Below are positions 12,285-24,899 of a DNA stretch of 64,000 nt, in pieces (position 1 is the stretch's first letter; each line of letters starts with the position of its first letter). A program made the position numbers and the translations under genes. The notes beneath the pieces were generated by a model, which was given only the letters and a program-made list of their open reading frames with translations, ran no database searches and was not told the origin of the DNA. This stretch comes from Acanthaster planci (taxonomy: Eukaryota): NCBI RefSeq assembly GCF_001949145.1, contig NW_019091360.1, positions 616,137 to 680,136 of the forward strand, given 5' to 3'.

Positions 12285-14739
12285 TATGTGTATAGCCAGA
12301 AACCGGCCATGCATCAACTTGTTGAATAGTTATTGAGGATTGCTATTACCCCTGCTTTTGCCAGTAGCCAAATCATTTCATAATTGTCATGTGAGTAAAT
12401 GGCTTCATAGAGAGCAGGGGGAAATATACATGTAGTCTAATAGATGGACTTTGAGAATGAAGTGCTAGTACCTCTCAACTCGTTTTCCTTTTCAGTGCTG
12501 CAGACCATTGTTTGATATGAAGCCATTGACTGCCATGAAGATGTTTTATAGATGTTTTGTATCTGTTTATATACTGAATGGTACTCCACTTTGGCCAACA
12601 TTGCATTTAAAAATCAAGCACTGAGTAGTGGATGAAATTATGTTGATTACAGTGGGCAAATGCCATTTATGCATTAATGTAATTGATGATTTCAGGAGCA
12701 ATGTTGGTACTATAAATATCAACCCTATCTTTTGCTACTCTCATCAAATAGATCAGTATTTTCAAGTTCATCAGAAGCCTGCAGAGCAAGGGTTGCGTCT
12801 GATGTCTTTTGTTCTACTGTGTGTAATTGTTCAATGTGGGATCCTTCCATACATGTAGTCTTATCGCTGTCCCTCGCATCTCCGCTTTGCGTGCCATGCA
12901 TCCTGTTACTTCCAGTCTTAGCCTTTTGTCAGGATGTACCTGTTGATAAAGGGGTACATACAGGGTTTTTGTTTTATTTCTGACTGCCAGCCACATGGAC
13001 AAGAATATTTGGTGCCATGTTTGCATTTTAGCAGTAAAATTGTGTAAATTGCAGTAGCAGTGTGGAAAAACATTTGCATCTTTGTTGTTTTTCAGGGGAG
13101 CTATGTAAAATGACATGATGCTTTGTAAATATAAATATTTAACACCAGAAGGTTGTCAAAAGCAGTACCACTGGTTTAGACTTTCACAACACTCCAATTA
13201 GTCCGTTGTATATCATTAGGTACCAATTTGTTTTGACCCCTGCATTTTTACAGTCTGAGATCTCTCTGTCATGGGTGCGAGTGATCTTACAAGTATTAGC
13301 ATTGAGTGTCTCATTTTAGTATGTTCCAATGATTATTATTGATGCCAAAAAGGCACAAGCTGTTAAACTGCATGCTTGATTTTTTTGGAATTAGGTGTTA
13401 AAAATTCTGCACAAAACAGACTTTTTTCCCTCTCATGTAAAACCGCAAGCACGAAGACAATCCATCATCTTCAAATTAAATTATAAGCACTTGTGTATTG
13501 CGTCCCGGCATAGTAATGTGGAATTAATTGGATAACTTTGTTTACGCGTGGCCGTGTGACAGGAATTACCTGATACTTCATTTTCAGAAGTTACGGGCAT
13601 TTCATCATGAAACTACATAATTTATATAGAGTATGCTTCATTGTGTATTACTCACGTTACTCATAGTACCCCGCTGCCTCGTTTCAAACTAGTGACAGCT
13701 TTTTCCATCATTGCAAATACATATTGAGGTACCTTCCAATATGCATTCAGCGTTGTGGGAAAAAATCAAGCATGTCACCATACAATCTTAGAAAACCATT
13801 TCTTAGTTTTTTTTTTCATTATTATTACGTTTATCAGTGAATGCCCTCATATTTCGGATGTGGAGATAGCGATATACTTTGTGAAGATAGTTGGGTCCTG
13901 GTTCAATTCTGTAAAATAAATGAACCTTTCCCAGACACTCAAGTGCTCTTGTAGTGTATGCTAAGTTATGAGTAGATAAGTCGAGTTGCTCGAGTAGTGT
14001 GCCCACATCCTCACGTGAATTGCATATTTTATTTATCGTCTCGTGAAGTTGTCTTATATTAGCTCAGTACTACACATGCCTATTAAATCCTTTTTGGTTT
14101 TGTCAGACGAAATGCTACCTTGGGCCAACCTAGTAATTGAGAAGTTTTTATACCACGTTAAGTTTTAACATATACAAACTCCGAGAAAACGGACAGTTGT
14201 CCCATGTCCGTACCCGCCATGGTTGGCCAATTTACTTTCACAATTTTATCACCCAGAGCATAATCCCTCAGAGGAAGTGTCAGTGTTGTGAGAAGTCATT
14301 CCATTCACGTCAATTTCTGCGCACTGGTCAAATGACCATTTTGTCCATAATGCTACTAGACAATTCTACTAGAATCCAGCTGGCTGTGTGGTACGATGTC
14401 ATGTCATTTGTTTGCATCTTTTGTAGAATTTAGCAAATTAGATCTGATGTGTATATATGTAAATCTGTATCTTTCATCGAATTATCGTCAGACTTGTTCT
14501 TTTACTTTATCTTTTGATTTTGAAATTAGTTCTCTTTTTTACTAGTGGTTTCACGGAGGTTTATTATTTCCTAAATAGAATCTGTGTATTGCCTATATTT
14601 CTACAATTAATTTGGGCATAATACATGTACATGTTAATAAAGTCGCTTGCGACACGATTTGTATTGTATCTATAAAACCACTCGTAATAGTGTCGTGTGT
14701 GTTTGACAGTCCATAGGACCGACTGATATGTACATTTGA

Positions 14740-14923
14740 AGCAAGATATGGGACGGAGAGAACCTTCCCCCCCGCCTTTGTGTTGGTCATTGTTTGATTG
14801 GAATCTCAGGAATTCTTTACAGACTTCGGGGGGGGGGGATGTGTTAGGTAACAATAGTCTAGAGTGTGTATAGGGATTAGACAGGTAATGGGGGTACCCT
14901 CCGTCCCATATCTTTCCTGGTAT
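14740..14923. mobile_element. MITE, second copy at 61694-61874
   Basis: TIR aagatatgggacggag / ctccgtcccatatctt; the interior aligns by eye with 61700-61870. Confidence 0.7.
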
Positions 14924-15010
14924 AGATATGTGGTCCTTCTGTTTCTTTTTCGATAAGCCAGAGTGTACATCTTGTGGTCCTTTGCTATCTTCTCACCATC
15001 TGCTTAAAAA

Positions 15011-15330
15011 CCACTTCCTGCCGGGGATTCCGGTACCGGACACGTATGCATTATATGCGTGGCCGGGGTCTCCGAACTCGGACAAGGGAATTGGGCCTTG
15101 TAACAAAAGACCGTACTCGGAATAAAAGACCAGGCTGCTGGACATTACCGACATTTTTTCACTCTCAAAAGTGGAGATAATCCAGCCTCGTTTTGAAACA
15201 GTATGTCACGGTTTGGGGCATTGAGAGCGAGTGGATTACCACAGCGTACAAAAGCGCTCCACCTCCGCAGCGATGAGCCACACAATGCCGCTGCACGCTA
15301 ATCTGACCCCTATTGAAAAGATGTCAGCAG
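15011..15330. mobile_element. Truncated copy of the 4170 piggyBac-like MITE
   Basis: Colinear with 4170-4494; stops abruptly at the left TIR of the IS3EU-like element. Confidence 0.8.
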
Positions 15331-15565
15331 TATGGAAGTGTATTTAGGACGTAGTTAAAAAAATTACTATTTCTTACGTACGGATTAGTATTTCGTACGT
15401 ACGGATTACTATGTCGAAGCACGTTGCAGTACACAAACAGCAATACACCTCTATATACTTGTGCTCTAGTATATGGTAAGGCAATAAACCTTGTCAGATG
15501 TTATTGATGGTGCTTTCATTTGAATGTGAAGTGCTGAAATTCATGTCCAAAACAAATGTTTCGAC

Positions 15566-17055
15566 ATGGATCGTCAAGAGATCATTACTTTGTTTTTTCT
15601 GCTTGGTTTCAGTCAGAAGGAGATACTCTCGTGCCTTGCTCTTAACCATGGAATGGTTATCAGTCAGAGACATCTACGTCGTTATTTAAGGAAATACGGA
15701 TTGAACAGGAGAAAAGTATTCGGATATTCTCCAGATCGCATCATTTGTTGAAACACAACTACAGACGTCAGCTCAGTGCTATGGCAACCGCTGGATGGAC
15801 TCTAGCAGCATCGACGAAGGGTTCGTAGTTTCCCAGAACACCATTCGTGTGCTACAACAACTGCTGGACCCCGATGGTGTTGCTGCAAGAAGGAGACACC
15901 GTCTGAGATGCAGGATCTACGTAAGTGCTGGGCCCAACCAAACGTGGCACATGGATGGCTATGATAAGTTGAAGCCTTTCGGCATTGCTATCAGTGGATG
16001 CATTGATGGATGTTCCAGGCACTTGATTTGGTTATAAGGCCTACATCACCAATAATAATCCAAAAGTAATACCAGGCTACTACCTTGAAGCAGTTGCTGC
16101 GAGACAGGGATGCCCACATGTTCTGCGAGCAGATATGGGTTCTGAAAATGGCCACGTTGAGCAGGTGCAAATGTTTCCAAGAAGAAAACAACGACGACAA
16201 CACAGCAGGCCCTAAAAGCTTTCTTTATGGAAAAAGCACAACCAACCAAAAGATGGAGGCCCAGAGGAGCTTTTTCAGGAAACACTGCACTTATACTGGA
16301 TGGATATCTTGCATACACTCAAAGAGGATGGACTGCTCAGTGGTGACATGTCAGATACGAACTTGGTGCAGCTTTGCCTTTCGAGATTAGTACAGGTGAA
16401 GCATACAATAATCTTGAGTCCAGCAGTATTATCTCAATGTAACGCACGAAAAAAATCCCCCAAAGTATTTTATGGTAAAATGCATACGGTACAGGCTGAT
16501 GGGTGTAAAATAATCTAATAATGCACGGGTACAAACGTTGAGAATCTGTAAAACGAAGAGATGCACAAATACCATGTTTAACATTGGAATCGAAAACGGA
16601 TTTGCAGATGGCACTCACGAGTCCACGTTGATGCCAATTTTCATGAATATTGCCCTCGATTGTGTGGCACACATCCTAACCATTTGTTCCTATTGACTTT
16701 TTTATATTAATATTTATATGATGACCCGGACCGGGTATTAACATCATGGAACAGTCACAGAATGAGACTGGATCGTAAGACCAACGGCAATGGGGGCCGT
16801 CCAATTCTTAGATATACTCTTCCGGAGCTCCACGGTGCAGAAGACAAACTTGTTGAAGTGAACATGCAGGAAGTCGAAAATAGCAGGACGCAGAGCACCA
16901 GTAAAAAGTCAATACCATGTGACCGTGACATTTTTGACGTGACATGCATTCTTATGGAGGAAAATGGATGGAACGTTCCCAGCAATGGATACGAAGCTGC
17001 TGCCCTGTATATTCGTCTGAGAAGAAAAATCCACCATGACCTTGAACTGACTTAG
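15566..17055 (+). pseudogene. IS3-like / integrase-core DDE transposase pseudogene (frameshifts, stops; probable intron from 16396 to about 16730)
   Basis: N-terminal HTH-like MDRQEIITLFFLLGFSQKEILSCLALNHGMVISQRHLRRYLRKYGLNRRK. Catalytic motifs GPNQTWHMDGYDKLKPFGIAISGCIDGCSRHLIWL, LRADMGSEN and NQKMEA. C-terminus ...GRPILRYTLPELHG...AALYIRLRRKI. Confidence 0.85.
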
Positions 17056-20000
17056 CCAAAATTAGTTTACAATTTCTGTAATACAATGCTGTAAATCTTT
17101 AGCTCTGAAAACTACCTCAAAATAAAAGAATTAGCAATCAAAGTTCCTCCCAGGAAAATAAGTATTCGCAAGAAAACTTCTAAACAAATGTCAGTATAAA
17201 CTCCAGAAAAAAAACAAGGTTGGTTAAATAACCTGAAAGGTTCAAGGCATGTACATGTAATAGCAGATCTTTCAGTCAAAATTCGCAAGTGTACGTCTGC
17301 TCTCAAATTTAAAATATCTGACATACAGTTCGACGTAATATCAGTTCGTCTCTCCTTGATAAGAATCTGCCCTTGCTAGCTTGATCATCGACTCTGGTAC
17401 ATCTGCGGGACCACTTCCGCAACTTAGATGTGAACCCTCACTGCAGTGTGCTGTGACCACGGTTACATCGGAATTCAAGAACTAGCCATCGAGCATGAGG
17501 AGGAACGGAACTCAACCAGTCTTTGAGCCAAGCTCAGATCTTCAAGGCCATGGTTTTCTTCAGTTTTCTAATCTTGGAATGTCAATCAGCCGCTACGATG
17601 ATCCTGACAACCAATTTTGCCTCATAAGCAGCCTGACAAATCTGCTACTGGCTGTGGCAAATGGCACAACCAAAGTACAAAACTCGTACGGCACTGGGAT
17701 AGGGACTATCAACTCAGCCCACACACCTCATCATCATGATGCATCTCTCAGTTCTCTACTGTCTATCGCTGTTCATCACATTTATACTCAGTTGTGCTCT
17801 GTTCACATTCAAATCGCCCACAGAACTCCAGCCTTATTTTCTTTATCCACACAACCTGTGACAAGTCTTTACAAAAGAAAGCTCCACTGCAATACAAAAG
17901 GACAAAGTACTGCATCCAAATTCCTAAGTACAGAAAGCCATGGCCCTGGTCATTGATGTGTAACCTGAAGAAGTAAAGTGATGAATTAAACGTGAAGAGA
18001 AAGTCTAGTGAATAATACATGCCAAAGTTTAGTTCAGATTAATTGGGCACAGGAGCTGACACTGAAATAGAAAATATCTGACATTAATTGACCTGATAGA
18101 AAATAGGAATAAAATGTGGAATTAATTAATGGAGAATTCTGACACTCAGGATAAAGAGTGATTGAAACTGAACCAGATAGTTTTGGTAATTGATATCGCG
18201 ATACACTTCCCTTCATTGAGTACATGAATGATGCAGAATGTAAATCAGACAGAATCGATTTTAGAAAACGTATGTCTGTTGGTCAGCCAATATGTGTTTC
18301 ATGGTTAATTAGACAATTAATGCCGTAATTTACCTATTCTACATTACAGTGTAAGTGGTCCTACTAACGAAGGAGAGTAATGTGAATCTGTACAAGGAAG
18401 CATGCAGTATGATACCATAAAATTAAACGTGTGAGCATGTTTCTAACTAAAGTATGCAAAAACATATCTAAACATTTTTATGAAAAGAACAAAGCGGTAT
18501 AAAATGTGATCGTGAACCTTTCTTACAAGCTACATGTATAGGACTCCAGGCCGATACATGAGATACTCAAGAGTTTTGAAACAATTGTAGCTTGATGTAA
18601 ACTTTTGATTCAATGGTCTGTTACTGTACACAAATAGGTACACTGGTCTGATATCTACTTAGAAAAAGGAGCTTGAAATTTGACCGATATTTTTCATGAT
18701 TTATTTTGTTATTATTTCTCGAGGAAAGATAATGTAAGGGGGTGGATTTTCAGAAAGCAAGGCTATTAATTTGTCCATGTCTTAGTATTGTGATCTGGAC
18801 AAAAGCAACTTAACAGGTTGTCTTAAAGATGCGGTCTATTAATGAACCTGCCTTTTCTTGGGTGTGCTAAAATTACTGTTCAGTGAAAATATCTGCAGAT
18901 AAACACCATTCCAAAGACACTACAAAATAACGATGACTTGTAGCCCTGCTAAATAATTTACAGTCGTAAATGCAATCTCCACGGTAGCAGAATCCCAGAA
19001 TAACAATAAATTTATACAGAAAGAGGAGAAGCTGTACGTAAAACATACTCCAAAGGGCTTCACATTATACAGCCGTGAATTGTAACCGATTGTGATTGTC
19101 GTTGGTGTTCATGACCATTGTTGGAAGTTCCATCATTAATTAGGCCGAATATCCACCATGAGGATAACATTATGGAATTTAATAAACAAAAAGGAAACAT
19201 ATCGGACTTTGTGGTTCCTAAAGCTCAAAAAGGCTTGAAAGAACAATCATGAAAATGATACATTTCCCATAATCCCGGTTTAAACAAAGGATCTTCTGGC
19301 CATAAAAGGGCAATGTATTCATCTTCAGTTTCTTAACAGTAGACCTGTAAGATGGATCCGTTTTACAAAATATCTATCTGAAGATAACCACTTTCCAAAA
19401 TGTTTGCAAACTATGCTCTTAGTTCATTGTGTGAGCAGTAAATTGATGATACGGTAACTCGAGAAGTGGCCTGCACGTAAGGGCAATGCTCTGCTTAACC
19501 CTTTTCGCACTTTGTTGAACTGGACAGTGATTTTGTCCACGCTCATGACTTCTGCTGCGGTCAAGTAACGGAGGAACTTTCTGAGATACGAAGGATCGAG
19601 ACTCTTGATATGCTGCTTTAGATAGGTTAGCGAGGAGGCCTCTTCTTTGGTCAGTGGCGTACACTGTAACAGTTTCAGTACCTTTCGGTTTGTAGGTGTC
19701 TTAGCTTGCAACGTGGTAGGCTAATTGTTGCAGATGTGTCGGGCAGATATAACTGCAATAACTCGCGTGCAGTTTACGCTATGTGATCCACATCTCTTTA
19801 TGGGCTGCATTCAAAAGCGATGACTTCAGCTCATCTTTTGGCGGGATGGAGCGACAGTCAACTCTGGAAAAAAGGTTTTGCAAATCTTCCTCGTCACCCT
19901 CGTTGATATCCCCCCCTGCCAGTGCCTTCTCAACTTCGATCCTCTCTGACTCTGGAATAAAAGCCAAAAAGGAGTCCATCAATAATATTTCTGGCGTCAC

Positions 20001-21065
20001 TGCTTCCTCCCCATGAACTAATGCAACTAAAAATGCGCTTGCAAGTTGCGTGGGGAAGAATCCTTGATCAGTGTATCCTTTCACCAGAATACGACCGACA
20101 GCAGCCCAATTTTGTGCTCCATCCTCAGGAAACAGTTACGGAATCCTCTCACGTTCACCACTCACTGATGTAAGGTACAACTTCCAGAAACGTGAATACG
20201 CTTCACGCGAAACGCCATCGCGATCTACGCCAGCTTCGTCAACAAAACTAAATCGAACTGGCAAGTGCAAATGTGCGAATTCATGAATTTTGATACCATT
20301 TCTTGTTTCACCTTTATGCGATTTAGAGTTATTGTCAATTCTCCCTCAGATGGTGCAGGTTGTGTGAGTGAACGGGGTTGACGATTTGGTGAAGCCTCGT
20401 GGATGTGGGGTACTGGTTGGGGGCTGGATTGGCGTTCCTCAAGTAGTGGCAACGTATCTGACAAATTGCTGCCAGTACTTGGTCAAGGGCTGAACAGGAT
20501 GTCCTCATCTGAGGCATCGAAACTGTCAATGGTGACTTCGTACGGTTGAAATAACCGTCATCGATAGCAACAAACTGTTGTCCCTACTCTGGTGCAGGCT
20601 CATCACCATCAGACCGTGTTACTTTGCAAGGGTTGGGTGTTGCCTCCTTGGTGAGTAATTTACGGACAGCGTGACCCTGTCACGCTGTCCGTAAATTACT
20701 CAGGAGGAGTTCCCCAATTCGGAGGTGGCAAGTTCGATGTCTTGGTGATTCTGTTTGCTCCTCGGAGCCACGCGCTGCATCTCGGTTTATGTTTGGCCCA
20801 GCTGAGTAGACAAAAAACCTCAGAATTCCCGACATCCGTACAGCCTCATACATTTAACCGACATTGTCATCGTCAGTCATTGAACAGTGGCTAAAATCCC
20901 TAATCTCAAAGGTACAAGACGACGCTTTCATGCCTTTCCGTGAAACCCCATTCGGAAAGAAAAGTAACTGTCCCTCTCTCAACAATTCTTTCTCATTAGC
21001 AGTTTTGGCAACACACGTTTTTCGTGTTCACCCGCCATTTATTTTGCGCACCCCTGTTCAATTAT

Positions 21066-21490
21066 GGGTGCAGTCCACCAATTCAAGTGAGAATTTCTGG
21101 CCTGCTCATTAGCATTAAAAGTGCCCCCCGCAGTATCTTTTGAACAAGGAGATTGTTTGGCCCCCAAAATGGTGAGATTGCGTAAATCCTTGTCAGGATC
21201 AACTCCCTGGGTCTTTGAGCTTTCATATGAGAGCAGAATGGCTAAAAACTACGGTTGAAAAATGGTCCAAAGTGCCCCGTAAAGTTGAGGTTTGCCACTT
21301 GAAAATGGCTGCAATCAGATTTCGGAAAAATCACTTTTGGGGGGGATATTGTTTTGCGGGAATAATTTAAAATGNNNNNNNNNNNNNNNNNNNNNNNNNN
21401 NNNNNNNNNNNNNNNNNNNNNNNNNTTGGGCCCTGAACAGTGCTAATTTTACACTGTTTCCAATGGGGCTTGAATTAGTGGACTGTACCC
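21066..21490. mobile_element. MITE inserted in the HECT gene (spans the N gap)
   Basis: TIR gggtgcagtccaccaattcaag / cttgaattagtggactgtaccc; flanked by ttat on both sides (21062-21065, 21491-21494). Confidence 0.75.
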
Positions 21491-21536
21491 TTATGCACCC
21501 ATCCGAACTCTATTTTGCGCTCTGTCTTAACGCATT

Positions 21537-22007
21537 GGCTGAGTTCGGGCGGCTTGTTCTCGTTTGTTCACGAACAGCTCGATTTGTTGTTCGTGGGTCG
21601 GTCGCTCATACCCCGGGAATGTACACCCGGTTATTAGCGCTAGTAGTTATTTGTGCCAAGCAACATGCAAGATTAAGATGGCAGCGTCCTTGAGCATTCT
21701 TCGGGAGTTAATATTGGATAACTGGGATAATTTCTTTTCCATTTTAAAAATTCATTTCTGTCATGGAAATTTATTAATGTTAATTTTGCAAAACTTTCCA
21801 TTGTCTTCGGCTTTGTAAAGCCATATCGGTACTTTCTGCGGCTGTTCAAAAATCAAATCTCACGAGTTTTTCCGTGTGTTCGTGTAAAATCCTGACAAGG
21901 AGGTGGTGCGTGAACCTGTTCCGAGAACAGTGTTCTTGGGTCGTGTTCCCGCCGTTCAAGCGCGAGAACACGAAACCCCTATCAAGAACGGACCGGCGAA
22001 CTCGACC
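21537..22007. mobile_element. 471-bp PIF/Harbinger-like MITE, 3-bp TSD ATT
   Basis: att|ggctgagttcgggcgg ... ccggcgaactcgacc|att; inverted homolog of 30914-31384. Confidence 0.85.
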
Positions 22008-23934
22008 ATTCTGATTCTCTCGCAGCTTTTGAGACTTGTTTGTGTCGTTTTCTTCCTCTTCTTTAGTGTCTGACAATTTTCCAGATGCGAGTTGAAGTTT
22101 CTCACGGATACTCTCGTAACAGCTACACTTCTTTGCGCTCTTTTAGCATGTTTGGACTTGCGGCAAAATCGAAAAGTGGGGACTGGTCACCAAGTTGAAG
22201 AAAGCTCTCCGGGGTTTTATTATCAGGGCCGAGATTAAGTGCAACATCGAAGTCGATCTGTACATGGGAAGCCAACAATAAAAGAGGTTATTATAGTCAG
22301 CTTACGCACCGGGAAAATGACATTGTAAAAAAAATGGAGCTTTCACTTGATAAAGAATTCCCTTCTATAATATGTTTCTCCGTGTGAATTGTGCAACTGC
22401 GTCCTTTTAAAACAGGTTCAGAATTATGCGTAATAACAAAATGCTCCTCGGTGCTCAGCCCAACCTGGCTGTATAGATTACACTACTTCGCTTGTGGTCT
22501 TTAACGTTCTCAGAAACTGAGAATGAACCGCAGAGGCCAACATTCGTGCTACGTCGAGGCCATACAACAGTACAGCTACTGTGTTTGCCTCACCATTAAA
22601 GAGGGTGGATCCTATACTTTGGTATTGAGGCCCCTCAAAAAATGTGTGATTGTTATCTGAAAGCCCAACTCATGTAAAAGAACGTAACAGCAGAAATCGT
22701 CATGTGAAATTATTTTGTCTCATATACCACCATTGATCAGAATTCAATGAAAATGTGCCCAAAAATTTGAATATCCACAAGTTCAAGTTGCCACCACTTT
22801 TGGAGATTTCAATTTAGACAATTTCAATACTGCCCTCTTATGCTAAGAATCTGCTACTGCAATGCCAGCATCTGGAGCTGATTTACAGAAGGATAGGTAC
22901 AGTGTAGATCATAGCCAGAAGGCATTGACCCCTCTGTGATAATGAGGGGGAGGGTTATTCACATTACCACTATTGTGCTTTATCTTTGAGGTGATCCTGA
23001 ATGTATTTAAAAATTTGGACGAAAACACTGAGACCATTTTGCTGTTTTCTCTACAAGTAGGCACCTTTATGGCACTGAAACTTTTACAGGTGACTTTTAT
23101 TGTGTCTTTCTTGATATTCTGCCTTCAAATCAGCTTTCCTGAGCAAAAATGAATATATTATCCAGCCTGTACATGCACTGCTTCTCCGATAACCAACAAA
23201 AACCGAATCTAATACTCTAGAAGGCTAAATAGGCGCACAGGCTCCGGAACAAGACGTTATATGGAGTCATATGGAAAAGGAGCCTGAATTCCGACTGAAA
23301 AGAGCTGACAGTAACCCCTTCTGGTGGAATCTCGCGTGAAATGTCAAACAAATGGAGTGAAAAAAGTTTCAATATAATTCATCCAGTCCGTAAGTTCAAT
23401 CTCCATGATCGGAGCTAGGGACTGAGATTTAACTGGAGTAGAGCCTACCATGGTGAAAGGACACAAGGGCCTACAGTGAATTTTCACTTTTTTGAATGTA
23501 GTGATACATGTACATATACATGTACAAACATACTACAGGTAGAATGGGTCTTACCTTTTCGGCTTTCATCCTTGACAAAGTTCCCCTCCTTCCTCCATGG
23601 TTGCATCTTCTACACCTCTCCCACTCAACTTCTGCGTGTTCCGTGGATTTATCCAAATTTGAAGCCATCGACTGCAGTTGACAGGACGAGTGATTGTGTT
23701 GTGCGGCTATCGAAACATATGACTTGAATGCAGTCATGTGTTGTGGTGGGTACGCCGTTCACTCTGGCAATGCAACACGCAGATAACTATGTCGTACGTA
23801 CGAAATAGTAAATCGTACGTGCGGATTGGTAATCCGTACGTACGAAATAGTAGTTTTTTAACCATGTCCTAAATACACGTCCGTACTATTGCGCATGCGT
23901 GGAAACGCAAACTAAATGCATGCACAGTCTACAG

Positions 23935-24397
23935 GTTGCACTGCACCATATACGCGCCCATAGAAAACAGTGGAAAATCGGACCGAAATAGCATCGCCTG
24001 TTGACTCTCATGAAGAGACTGGCCTCTGTTTGTTTCACTGGAAAATCAAGACTATGCCAGAAGATCACTTTTCGTTTCAATTTCATGGGGGTTAGCCACG
24101 ATTTTTTTTCTATTCCCTTTTGAACGAAGATACCCCAAAATAATAGTAAAACTAGGCGCTCGTTTCTGAATGTAGCCGCCCGCCTCTATCCAAAATAAGT
24201 CCGCGATTTGGGCCTTTTTGTGAAAGAAATACCCTGAACTGGGAAATATCAGTCCTAAATTCGGGATTGATAGAAATATTTCTATGATGCCTCCTAATTA
24301 TGGCCTGTGTTATTGTATAAATCCTGCGGGGTCACAAAATATTAATGAGCTCGCACGCAGAATTAGAAATACAGCGATTTGGTGGAATGCACCCTAT
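23935..24397. mobile_element. Dispersed MITE-like repeat, second copy at 28325-28794
   Basis: Colinear about 460-bp similarity (gcactgcacca...cgcctgttgactctca...ttttgtgaaagaaataccctgaactggg...gcacccta). Confidence 0.75.
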
Positions 24398-24843
24398 GGG
24401 GACCAAACATACGTGATGGTGGGAACCAATATGGCACGGCAGGATCGTACCCATGGGCCGAGGTTGGAGTATAAGCGTGACTTTGAAAAGTATCCGGTTC
24501 GTAAATGACTTTGTCACAAAGGGCGGACGCGCCACGATTTGCAGGCTTCCATAGGGTCGCTGAAGTTGCACCTTAACTTTCGTCCATGGTTCCATGTAAA
24601 CGGCGATTAACGCATGTAACTCATTATAGGCCTAATGGAGATCAATAATGCAACTTTATGCGTAGTGCATCTGCAGTGCGCGTCGTTTAAACAAAAGTGA
24701 CGTCACATTTACGAACCGGATGGGTAAACACCGTTGATCTCCATTATAATGGAGATTATAATGATCTCCATTATAATGGAGATCAATGGTTAACACAATC
24801 TCGACTCCATAGGTTGCGTGCACGCTCCTTCCCCAGTCACTAG

Positions 24844-24899
24844 CAAAGATTGTATAGCGCCGCGCAGCGGCGCTGCTGCGCGGCGCTATACAATCTTTG
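24844..24899. mobile_element. 56-bp palindromic mini-element with 8-bp TSD (hAT- or P-like)
   Basis: gtcactag|caaagattgtatagcgccgcgcagcggcgctgctgcgcggcgctatacaatctttg|gtcactag. Confidence 0.8.

Larger units (their letters stand above)
19419..23668 (-). pseudogene. Transposon-encoded HECT-type E3 ubiquitin ligase-like pseudogene (SAM-like, ubiquitin-like, linker, HECT)
   Basis: Putative exon 23668-23555 (..MKAEK|gtaag) splices in phase to 22257 (cag|IDFDVALNL..LGDQ). Then KTERKIEFGWVH, VRKINGG*TRK..LLFFPNGVSRKG; HECT N-lobe FVDEAGVDRDGVSREAYSRFW and WAAVGRILVKGYTDQGFFP; C-lobe LRKFLRYLTAA and IALTCRPLLELPY (catalytic-type Cys at 19473-19475). Stops, frameshifts and two MITE insertions. Confidence 0.75.
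15331..23885. mobile_element. IS3EU-like two-gene DNA transposon (8.55 kb), decayed
   Basis: Imperfect TIRs of 60 bp or more: tatggaagtgtatttaggacgtagttaaaaaaattactatttcttacgtacggatta versus taatccgtacgtacgaaatagtagttttttaaccatgtcctaaatacacgtccgta (TAYGG..CCRTA ends, cgtacgtacgga subrepeats). Encloses an IS3-like transposase (+) and a convergent second gene (-). Confidence 0.8.
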
